Shown here in pieces: positions 29,125 through 37,295 of a stretch of DNA of 64,000 nt. The notes beneath the pieces were generated by a model. The model was not told where the DNA came from. It made no database searches and saw only the letters and a program-made list of their open reading frames with translations. Within the stretch, counting starts at the first letter, position 1. Every line of letters starts with the position of its first letter. The stretch lies in assembly GCA_000002435.2 (NCBI GenBank), contig CM018793.1. One strand, 5' to 3'. This DNA comes from Giardia intestinalis (taxonomy: Eukaryota). A program made the translations under genes and the position numbers.

Positions 29125-29786
29125 AACAACACTGGCAGCAACTTGGAGTGCCGGGAGTCGAACCCGGGTCGTAACCGCATACGTAGTTGATAGCCATGCC
29201 ATCAAAGGCCACTGTGCTCCCGCTGCACCACACCCCACGGGGAAGGGCAGCAGCGTAAACGTGTGTGTGTCGTACTTGGAAGTGGAGGGACGCGGATAGC
29301 ACTGGTTGCTCAGACGTGGGGGCTCACCGAGGGTAGCTGGCCAGCCCTCATCGCCCCAGCTCCCCCCACCTCACTCACCGGCCGGCCTGCTGTGGAACCC
29401 AGGTGACCGCGACTGTAGAGCACTGCCCGGGACACAGCCGGACGGACACCGAGGGGCCCAGCCAGCGGAGGGCCCGATGGCAGACGGGGCATCTAAAAAG
29501 GACGGCGACCAGAGCTTCACCCACCGTGAAGGGAGACCAAGGAGAGGCGCCACCGGTAGAGCAGAGGGTCTGCGAGAGGACCCGAACCCCTAAAGGACCG
29601 ACGTGCACACTCGGACCGAGTACACCTCTGCGGAGCGACCAGGGAAGGTGCCAGGTTTTAGATATACTAAAAGAGAGGAGCTCCTCGTTATATCATCCAC
29701 AACCAGCCCTCGTCTCCGGACACGACCACAGGAGCGAGACTTACTCCTGGGATTTCTGGGTGCCCCTACAGGTAATCCCAACAGCA
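29125..29786. repeat. left arm of a perfect 662-bp inverted repeat flanking the VSP gene
   Basis: Base-by-base reverse complement of 31991-32652. Checked at both ends and mid-arm. All six-frame ORFs in this arm are mirrored with identical protein sequence on the other arm. GC-rich (>60%). Confidence 0.9.
29144..29237 (-). other. tRNA-like 94-nt module (mirror copy of 32540-32633) at the outer end of the left repeat arm
   Basis: Reverse complement of the right-arm element described under 32540-32633. Confidence 0.3.
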
Positions 29787-30100
29787 CAGCGCTTCTTCCC
29801 GTCCAGGCAGCTCTTGTGAAGAGCATCGGTCCAGTTTCATAGCAGTGGGTGCATTCATTATTTGAGTGGACCATTCGTGGGGTGATGGCTACTGTCGTAA
29901 GCACCGGTGATGTGCGAGGGGCCGTTCTTGAGATGCCACAACGCCCATTCTCTCCTTGGTCCCTAGAGACACCACACACAGGAGAGGCCGCTAGGACACC
30001 AGAGATCCGCTACACCGGGGTAAGCCTGTAGGGTGCACATTATCCTCACTCACCACGTGGCAGCGTCGCCTGGTGTTGCGTGCTCTATGGGCTGCCGGCA

Positions 30101-31948
30101 ATGTTCGAGAAAATCATCTTCGGAATCGCCATCCTGCAAGTGGTATGGGCAGCAACGACATGCACAGAGGCTAGCAGTGACCCGCAAACAGGACAGTGCG
30201 CAACAGGAAAGTGCGACGTCTGGATTGGGGGCTCAAACTTCTGCTCCCAGTGCTCGACAGCAGCAGAGCATCTTATCAATGGAAAATGTGTGCCTGAAGG
30301 TGAAGACACTGAAGGAAAATGTACAGCAAAGAATGATGGCACATGTGAATCTTGTAAAGCCGGCTTTTTCCTGCACAGAGGAGGGTGCTACGAGATGGGA
30401 AGCGATATCGGGCTCCTTGTGTGCAACGATAGAACTGCCACGGCTGATAAGGATGGAATATGCATAGCTTGCCACGACGGGTACTTCAAGAATCCTGCAT
30501 CTGACGCTGATAAAACGAAGGAGTCCTGTATTGCATGCAACAACACGGCCGGCGTGGATCATAATAAGGGGGTTCAGAACTGTGCGACGTGCGACGCCCC
30601 GAAAACTCCCGGACAAAGCAGTGCAGAACAGACGGCCACATGTAAAAGCTGTGTGGACGGATACTATGGCACTACAAGCTGTCAGCAGTGCCATGCAGAT
30701 TGTAGAACGTGCACCGGCAACGGTGAGGATAAATGCACCTCCTGCAAGGATACTGGTAAGCAATACTTCAAAGAAGGGGCCAATAGCGACGGGACAGGCA
30801 CGTGTGTTGACGAAAACGGATGTGGTAACACACACTTCCCAATAGCAGAGGACAAAAAGTGCCATCTCTGCGGTAGTGTCAGTGAGGGCGGTGTGGCCGA
30901 CTGCAAGACGTGCTCAAAGACTGGAGATTCCGTTAAGTGTCTTACCTGCGAGGGTACTAAAAAACCCAATGAAGCCGGAACAGGCTGCTTTGTGTGTCCC
31001 ATGGAGCATTGCGAAAAGTGCAGTAAGGACAACGTCTGCGAAGCTTGCGGATCAGAAAAGAAGCTGAGCCCCTTGGGAGACGCGTGCTTAGATGCCTGTC
31101 CCGCGGGAACTCGCACTGACGCTAACGTTTGTAATCTGTGCCACGAATCGTGTGCAAGCTGTAGCACTAACGCAGAAGCGTCGTGCACGGCCTGCTATCC
31201 AGGGTATGTGTTGAATCGGTCATCTGATGACACAGGAACGTGCATAAAAGAGTGCACGGGAGACTTTATGGCCCACTGCAAGGCCGACGGCTGCTCACTG
31301 AACGTCGGAGGCTCGAAGTACTGCGATCAGTGCGAGGAGGGGTACGCCCCAGTCGACGGCGTTTGCACATCCATACCTGCAGCAGCGAGGGATGCCTCCG
31401 GATGTAAGGCAAGTGGCGGGAAATGCACTGAGTGTGGAGCAAACTACGCTCTGTTATCGGGCGGATGCTACAACACACAGAAGCTTCCTGGTAGCTCTGT
31501 GTGTACGGCTGCACAGAATAAGGGACAATGCCAAACGTGTGCCAATGGACAAAGCCCAGCTGGAAGAAAATGTCCGGCGTGTACTGAAGGATGTGTGAAG
31601 TGTGCGGGTAGTAAGGAAACCTGCACAGATTGCTTAGCAGGGTATTACAAAGATGCCGGTGATAAATGCTTCAAATGCACGGATAGTGATAAGGCTAGCT
31701 CTAATGCAATAACTGGTGTAGAAAACTGCATAAGCTGTGCCCCGCCAGCTGGTGGCAATGGCCCTGTCACCTGTTACGTAACGCAACAAAAGGCTGACGA
31801 TGGCACCGGCGGAGATACTGGAGGAGACAGCACGAACAGGAGCGGCCTCAGCACGGGGGCCATAGCAGGGATCTCCGTCGCTGTCATCGTCGTGGGGGGC
31901 CTCGTGGGCTTCCTCTGCTGGTGGTTCATATGTAGAGGGAAGGCGTGA
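30101..31948 (+). CDS. vsp: variant-specific surface protein (VSP)
   Basis: The track ORF starts with GTG at 30080; the first ATG is at 30101 (MFEKIIFGIAILQVVWAA signal peptide). Cys-rich ectodomain with dozens of CXXC motifs and a GGCY motif. C-terminal TM GAIAGISVAVIVVGGLVGFLCWWFI followed by the invariant CRGKA tail. Confidence 0.9.
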   Translation: MFEKIIFGIAILQVVWAATTCTEASSDPQTGQCATGKCDVWIGGSNFCSQCSTAAEHLINGKCVPEGEDTEGKCTAKNDGTCESCKAGFFLHRGGCYEMGSDIGLLVCNDRTATADKDGICIACHDGYFKNPASDADKTKESCIACNNTAGVDHNKGVQNCATCDAPKTPGQSSAEQTATCKSCVDGYYGTTSCQQCHADCRTCTGNGEDKCTSCKDTGKQYFKEGANSDGTGTCVDENGCGNTHFPIAEDKKCHLCGSVSEGGVADCKTCSKTGDSVKCLTCEGTKKPNEAGTGCFVCPMEHCEKCSKDNVCEACGSEKKLSPLGDACLDACPAGTRTDANVCNLCHESCASCSTNAEASCTACYPGYVLNRSSDDTGTCIKECTGDFMAHCKADGCSLNVGGSKYCDQCEEGYAPVDGVCTSIPAAARDASGCKASGGKCTECGANYALLSGGCYNTQKLPGSSVCTAAQNKGQCQTCANGQSPAGRKCPACTEGCVKCAGSKETCTDCLAGYYKDAGDKCFKCTDSDKASSNAITGVENCISCAPPAGGNGPVTCYVTQQKADDGTGGDTGGDSTNRSGLSTGAIAGISVAVIVVGGLVGFLCWWFICRGKA

Positions 31949-31955
31949 CTTAGGT

Positions 31956-31962
31956 AGTAAAC
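31956..31962 (+). terminator. putative poly(A) signal AGTAAAC 7 nt after the VSP stop codon
   Basis: AGTRAAY-class motif just downstream of the TGA at 31946-31948 and 29 bp before the right repeat arm. Confidence 0.45.
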
Positions 31963-31990
31963 GCGTCACCGTATATGGCTTATTGCACTA

Positions 31991-32652
31991 TGCTGTTGGG
32001 ATTACCTGTAGGGGCACCCAGAAATCCCAGGAGTAAGTCTCGCTCCTGTGGTCGTGTCCGGAGACGAGGGCTGGTTGTGGATGATATAACGAGGAGCTCC
32101 TCTCTTTTAGTATATCTAAAACCTGGCACCTTCCCTGGTCGCTCCGCAGAGGTGTACTCGGTCCGAGTGTGCACGTCGGTCCTTTAGGGGTTCGGGTCCT
32201 CTCGCAGACCCTCTGCTCTACCGGTGGCGCCTCTCCTTGGTCTCCCTTCACGGTGGGTGAAGCTCTGGTCGCCGTCCTTTTTAGATGCCCCGTCTGCCAT
32301 CGGGCCCTCCGCTGGCTGGGCCCCTCGGTGTCCGTCCGGCTGTGTCCCGGGCAGTGCTCTACAGTCGCGGTCACCTGGGTTCCACAGCAGGCCGGCCGGT
32401 GAGTGAGGTGGGGGGAGCTGGGGCGATGAGGGCTGGCCAGCTACCCTCGGTGAGCCCCCACGTCTGAGCAACCAGTGCTATCCGCGTCCCTCCACTTCCA
32501 AGTACGACACACACACGTTTACGCTGCTGCCCTTCCCCGTGGGGTGTGGTGCAGCGGGAGCACAGTGGCCTTTGATGGCATGGCTATCAACTACGTATGC
32601 GGTTACGACCCGGGTTCGACTCCCGGCACTCCAAGTTGCTGCCAGTGTTGTT
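31991..32652. repeat. right arm of the perfect 662-bp inverted repeat flanking the VSP gene
   Basis: Reverse complement of 29125-29786. The first mismatches are at 31990/29787 and 32653/29124. Confidence 0.9.
32540..32633 (+). other. tRNA-like 94-nt module at the outer end of the right repeat arm (possible tRNA-derived element or 3'-processing signal; not a canonical tRNA)
   Basis: Acceptor stem TGGGGTG (32540-46) pairs with CACTCCA (32627-33): 6 Watson-Crick pairs plus 1 G-U. T at position 8. D-arm GTGC / AGCGGGA / GCAC. Perfect T-arm CCGGG / TTCGACT / CCCGG. The candidate anticodon arm GTGGC / CTTTGAT / GGCAT (anticodon UUG) has one G-G mismatch. It is followed by a 28-nt insert before the T-arm. 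Confidence 0.3.
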
Positions 32653-33045
32653 TTCGCCGCTTAGTTTCCCTTGCTACCGCACGTCCACCATGCTGGCCGT
32701 CCGTGCATGGTTGGGACGATGGGTGTGGCTGCATAGGGTGCTAATGCACGGGGGCAGCGGCTGCCCAGCCGGCTGGTCTGTAACCTCACCAACCATGGAA
32801 CATGCGATCTTCTTTACACTAATAATAACATAGCATGAGCCCTTACTTTCCAGCCCCAGATTTAATGCAAAGGCACTCTGATATGCTCGACATTTCTTGT
32901 CTCATAGCTGTGTTAGGAGCTATCATTAGCTAAAAGGTATTACCGCTTGAATACGCCTTTCTCCTGGAGTCTCTTGATATAGATTTAACCCGATCCAGTA
33001 CAGCCGTTCAAGTTGATAGTTGTATCAAATCAAAAAATTTTTACT

Positions 33046-34332
33046 ATGGATGCTTTTGCATTTGAGGATCTGGCATCGTTTGATCTCATTAAGGCTATTT
33101 ACAAATATGGTTTTGAAATACCGTCTCCAGTACAACAATACTCAATCCCAAAATTGATTCAAGGCCAAAGTATCAGTGTCAATGCACAAACTGGCAGCGG
33201 GAAAACTGCTGCCTTTGGAATCTCTTTGCTGTCATTAGTGAATCCACAAAAATCAATCTGTCAAGCAGTGATTATCTCGCCAACCAAGGAATTGTCCAAT
33301 CAGACATTAGAAGTAATAAATACTCTGGGTACTCGGTCAGGCATAAGGGGTGTGTGTCTCACAAGTGGAGTGATGGCGAAGGAACAGTTTGAGAAGATCA
33401 CAAAGGGTAGCGCTCACTTTGTCTGCGTGACCCCAAAACGTCTGAGTGGTTTATGTGCAGCCATACAGCTCTCAAAGCTCCAGTTAGTAATATTGGACGA
33501 GTGTGACAAGCTCCTAGAGGAGCAGAGCTATCGCGGGGTTGTCTCTTTTCTACGAGACCTGGCACCAGAGACAATCATAGGATGCTTTTCAGCGACCGCC
33601 ACCGATATATACAAACGAACAATTAAGGAGCTCTGCCCAGCAATCAACCACATCAGCATAGTACCAAAGCACAGCAGTGTAACAGCTATTCGCCATGTTT
33701 GTATCCGCATTTTCAACTACACAGATGCTGACGTTGAAAGGGCTGTCTCTCATAAGCAGAAACAAGACCAACTTAAGACTGAAGATAGCGATGACTGGCT
33801 AGAGCCTCGAATTAAACGTCGATCAAGACGGAAATCATACAAAGGATTGCAGGCTCTTGACGAAGACAAGAATGACATGGGCTCATCAAAAGAGGAAATT
33901 TATGCCGAAAAGGTTAGAGTATTGTCGAGTCTTCTGGAGTCAGTACCTATCGTTCAAGGTGTAATTTTCTGCAACTCCAAACACACCGTTGATTGGTTAC
34001 ATAACGCTCTTCGCAAGCAAAAGCACCCGTGCGAGCGGATACATGCGGATCTTCCTGCATTTGATCGTGAAACAACGGTTGCAAATTTCCGCGCAGGAAA
34101 GACACGACTGCTTATCAGTACAGACCTGCTTGCACGCGGATTTGACGTTCAACAGGTGACTTTTGTGTGCAACTATGACTTTCCTCGTGATCCACACTCT
34201 TATATGCATCGGGCTGGGCGGTGTGGCAGATTTGGTCGCAAAGGGTTGAGTGTCTCCCTACTTATAGCAGAGAATCAGAAGTGCATGGACGATGTGGTTC
34301 AGAAGTACAAGATCGAGGTAGAGACAATCTAG
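33046..34332 (+). CDS. DEAD-box family ATP-dependent RNA helicase, DECD variant (UAP56/Sub2-like pattern)
   Basis: The track start at 33013 is TTG; the first ATG is at 33046 (MDAFAFEDL...). Q-motif/motif I AQTGSGKT, Ia PTKELSNQ, TPKRL, II DECDKLL, III SAT, V LISTDLLARGFDV, VI HRAGRCGRFGRKG. Length is 428 aa. Confidence 0.85.
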   Translation: MDAFAFEDLASFDLIKAIYKYGFEIPSPVQQYSIPKLIQGQSISVNAQTGSGKTAAFGISLLSLVNPQKSICQAVIISPTKELSNQTLEVINTLGTRSGIRGVCLTSGVMAKEQFEKITKGSAHFVCVTPKRLSGLCAAIQLSKLQLVILDECDKLLEEQSYRGVVSFLRDLAPETIIGCFSATATDIYKRTIKELCPAINHISIVPKHSSVTAIRHVCIRIFNYTDADVERAVSHKQKQDQLKTEDSDDWLEPRIKRRSRRKSYKGLQALDEDKNDMGSSKEEIYAEKVRVLSSLLESVPIVQGVIFCNSKHTVDWLHNALRKQKHPCERIHADLPAFDRETTVANFRAGKTRLLISTDLLARGFDVQQVTFVCNYDFPRDPHSYMHRAGRCGRFGRKGLSVSLLIAENQKCMDDVVQKYKIEVETI

Positions 34333-34349
34333 ACAATGCTTTATAGACC

Positions 34350-34356
34350 AGTGAAC
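34350..34356 (+). terminator. putative poly(A) signal AGTGAAC 18 nt after the helicase stop and 12 nt before the next ATG
   Basis: AGTRAAY-class motif in the 35-bp spacer. Confidence 0.35.
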
Positions 34357-34367
34357 TAAAAAAATCG

Positions 34368-37247
34368 ATGTATGTGAGGCCGCATAACCACGACGGAGGC
34401 TCTCACCAGGGATCCTCTATCAACGGAGACGGCCGATCATCCAAAACAACGTTCCAATATGGTAATATCAGCCATACTGATCGGAACTTGCGATATTATC
34501 TCACAATGATAATGAAGCGCCAAAAACTCTATGGCAAGTTAGACAAAGAACTCATACGGCTTATTTTGCGCGACGGACCGCAAGCAGAGTCGCAGAACAT
34601 GAGCTTAATCATCAAGACTCTTTGGAATGAAATTGGCATACAGCTAGCTGAACGAGAAGTAACAGCTCAGTACATAAGATCATCTTCGGCTGCAAAGCGA
34701 GCATATGCAGAGCGCTTAGCGTGGTTTCTCTTATTGCGGACCCGCTTTATCGGACTACTCTCTGCGCGAGATCAATATGTGCGCCGCATTCGCAGCATGG
34801 TGAATAGTGGAGGAATACTGCGTCGAAGCTTTATTACAAGCTTTGATGAGATACGCCTCATCACACTAGCGTTGATTGAGATCTGTTTAAAGATCTATAT
34901 ATGCACTGGAAAGAGGCATGAGCCGTACAAGCTTGGCTTCGATGCTCCCCGGGGCCAGGATATCCTGGGGGCCATTTTGGCTGAGGAGCTCTTCAATCCA
35001 GATATCATGACATATATCTCCGAGAAGTATATAGATAGACCTGATTTGATTGAGAAGTTTGTTATAACCGCTACCGACCGCTCCACTATTCCCGACGATA
35101 ATACTATGAACAAAACCCTCAATCTTAGTGATCTGTCGCCGCCTCCGCGGACGATGGCCTCTCCTTCCCAGAATCCTCGCGACAAACTGGTTGATTCTTA
35201 CCACATCCATGATATTTATGAGCTAGACCTATCATCCCACGATTCTCGAGCTGAGAAAACTGTAGCTATGCTTCTCAACGTTTCTGCAACATTGACTCAA
35301 CTGCTAGAACTTCCATGCACGATGGAAAGCTTAGCTTCGTTAATGTTTCTAACTGGGGCCAGGCCGGCCAATATACAGTCACACGTTGGATCAGACTTGA
35401 TACAGGTGTTCGGTAACCTTATGCCAGGAGCGCTGGTCGACCCGGCACGTTATATAGAGGCTTCTCCAGATCAGACAATAGACGCATTATTAGAGTATTT
35501 TTCAGGGCATAAGAGATTGACACGATATTTGATGCCATATCCGCATACATCTGAGTTTGTTCGGCGTCGAGCCGCGTCCTTAGACCAGTACTTTGTTTTC
35601 TCCTTGCTCATCTTTGATAAGTTCCGCCACAATGCAGAAGCAGAGTGTCAGCGGCGCATGAGCGACGCCCATGCAGCAATCTCTCCGCTGGATAAGTATC
35701 CCAAATCCCGGTCTAGTTCACGGCAGCATAAATCTGTTTATAGTCGAGCAATTTCTGCACATAAGAAGGAAAATAGTCTGCAGGTGCAGAACATGCTTAA
35801 CAATGAGCTGTTTTACTCCCAAAATCACGATGTCCACTCCACTCAGTCGTCCTTTATATCTCCCTCCATCAATGCTCAGCAGCAGCCAAAAAGAGCAGCA
35901 TCATCTTGCAAGCCCCGTACAAAGCAGCCTGCGAAGTCTTCACATAGGTCCCGTGCCCCCTTGCGGACTCAGGACACTGAGTCCCGTAGCGTTTCTACCC
36001 GTGTCTCGAAACAATATACACCCCAGTTAGGGACTCAAAATAAGCCACGGTCGACGACGCGATCAGCTTCTACTGCTAAAAAGCCCGCCCGGTCAGGCTC
36101 TACTCAGAGTGGTAAGGCCGGCAAGCGAAAGCTTCTCGAAGCTCGCCGGCCGTCTGCTGTTATAGCCGGCGAGTATGTCGGCACGTCCAACGCATATGTG
36201 GTGCATCCCCCTCCCAAGTACTATCCTATGAGTACCTCGAGATCTGGAAGTCCATCACTCAAAGGAGAGTCTCCCACAACCAAGAACCTTAAACTAGACG
36301 AGATTTCTCCGACAAGAAAGAGCGTTCAACACATGTCACTAGAAGAAGACCAACACGCTGATGCTTCTAGCAAAGATGTGCAAGATCACAACACTAACGA
36401 TACACCAGATGCACATTGTATTGATAAAACCCCCGGTCTTACAAATAGCCTAGTTAGTGATCATATATTCCCTGATTGTGCGCAGACGCCATCTGAGGAG
36501 TGTGCTCAGCAGACGCCTGCTGTTGGTAGTGTTGTTCATAATGCTGAACCTTTCCACAATGGAGAGGATCTTCAAGATCACTTGGATGTAGAACCTCAGA
36601 AACTTGCGGTAACTGATTTTCAGCCAGCGAAGGAGTATGAAGCTAATACGGTAGATTACGTAGCGTCTTCTATTCAGGAGTCTGCAGATGGCGCTGATTC
36701 TCTTCAGGTTCATAATCTAGAGATTTACCCGGACAACTTGCAGGATTTGGCTCCTCAAGATTTGATGGAAGCTGATGCACCGGAAGAGACATACGAGGTG
36801 CCTGCTGATTTCGAATCAACGGACGAACAGCCGCTGGAGCTGCAATGTGATGCTAAGGCTTCATCCGAGCAAGAATACGACTTGAACGACTTTGCTCAGG
36901 AGGCCCCGGGCTCTCTTGACATTGCTGTTGAAAGTGAGGAGAATGTGTTTGATGAGATAGGTGAGCCTGCAGAGGAGGCGATAGTGGAAGATGGCAGGCT
37001 GCGGCATACAGAAATGAATGTCAACGTAGTTATCGATGGGCGACCAGTCAGTCGTGGCATAGGACGATCTGTGACGCGGGCACAACCTGTTAGGAATCAG
37101 GATCAAACCGTTTCCCCTCCTGAGAAAACTGATAAAGAGGAAGAGCAATACCAAGATGATTTTTCTGATGGAAATGATGACGCCCCGGGAGTTTCCCTTG
37201 GGCTCAACGACACAGGTGCAGACTTTGACGATTTCGAGGCATTTTGA
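34368..37247 (+). CDS. hypothetical protein (959 aa) with basic, Ser-rich middle region and strongly acidic C-terminus
   Basis: ATG verified at 34368 with an A-rich upstream sequence. No recognisable domain. Confidence 0.6.
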   Translation: MYVRPHNHDGGSHQGSSINGDGRSSKTTFQYGNISHTDRNLRYYLTMIMKRQKLYGKLDKELIRLILRDGPQAESQNMSLIIKTLWNEIGIQLAEREVTAQYIRSSSAAKRAYAERLAWFLLLRTRFIGLLSARDQYVRRIRSMVNSGGILRRSFITSFDEIRLITLALIEICLKIYICTGKRHEPYKLGFDAPRGQDILGAILAEELFNPDIMTYISEKYIDRPDLIEKFVITATDRSTIPDDNTMNKTLNLSDLSPPPRTMASPSQNPRDKLVDSYHIHDIYELDLSSHDSRAEKTVAMLLNVSATLTQLLELPCTMESLASLMFLTGARPANIQSHVGSDLIQVFGNLMPGALVDPARYIEASPDQTIDALLEYFSGHKRLTRYLMPYPHTSEFVRRRAASLDQYFVFSLLIFDKFRHNAEAECQRRMSDAHAAISPLDKYPKSRSSSRQHKSVYSRAISAHKKENSLQVQNMLNNELFYSQNHDVHSTQSSFISPSINAQQQPKRAASSCKPRTKQPAKSSHRSRAPLRTQDTESRSVSTRVSKQYTPQLGTQNKPRSTTRSASTAKKPARSGSTQSGKAGKRKLLEARRPSAVIAGEYVGTSNAYVVHPPPKYYPMSTSRSGSPSLKGESPTTKNLKLDEISPTRKSVQHMSLEEDQHADASSKDVQDHNTNDTPDAHCIDKTPGLTNSLVSDHIFPDCAQTPSEECAQQTPAVGSVVHNAEPFHNGEDLQDHLDVEPQKLAVTDFQPAKEYEANTVDYVASSIQESADGADSLQVHNLEIYPDNLQDLAPQDLMEADAPEETYEVPADFESTDEQPLELQCDAKASSEQEYDLNDFAQEAPGSLDIAVESEENVFDEIGEPAEEAIVEDGRLRHTEMNVNVVIDGRPVSRGIGRSVTRAQPVRNQDQTVSPPEKTDKEEEQYQDDFSDGNDDAPGVSLGLNDTGADFDDFEAF

Positions 37248-37295
37248 CGTAAATTTCAACCTGGCGTTGTTTACAGGACAGGTGCATTATAGAAG

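Noticed and set aside
29075-29979. Many overlapping ORFs of 60-138 aa inside the left repeat arm (e.g. 29075-29302, 29306-29593, 29375-29608, 29403-29819, 29590-29979), with exact mirror copies in the right arm (31975-32744)
   Set aside because: All frames and both strands are open at once. The ORFs are mirrored because of the inverted repeat. Composition is GC-driven, translated products are low complexity (Pro/Arg/Gly/Ser), and no A-rich initiators are present. These are artefacts of GC-rich non-coding DNA, not genes.
30233-30865. 210-aa minus-strand ORF and other ORFs (30085-30342, 30682-31188, 31266-31514, 31634-31969) antisense to or in alternative frames of the VSP gene
   Set aside because: They lie entirely inside the well-supported VSP coding sequence. 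Cys-codon-rich sequence stays open on the opposite strand by composition alone.
32540-32633. Calling the tRNA-like module a bona fide tRNA gene (e.g. tRNA-Gln UUG)
   Set aside because: It is 94 nt long, with a 28-nt insert between the anticodon arm and the T-arm in a non-canonical position. There is a G-G mismatch in the anticodon stem and U1-A72, which is atypical for eukaryotic tRNA-Gln. It is reported as tRNA-like only.
29125-32652. Cut-and-paste DNA transposon with target-site duplication
   Set aside because: The immediate flanks (…gtgacc | … | ttcgcc…) share no direct repeat, and no transposase-like ORF exists in the cassette. A mobile origin is kept only as a hypothesis, not a call.
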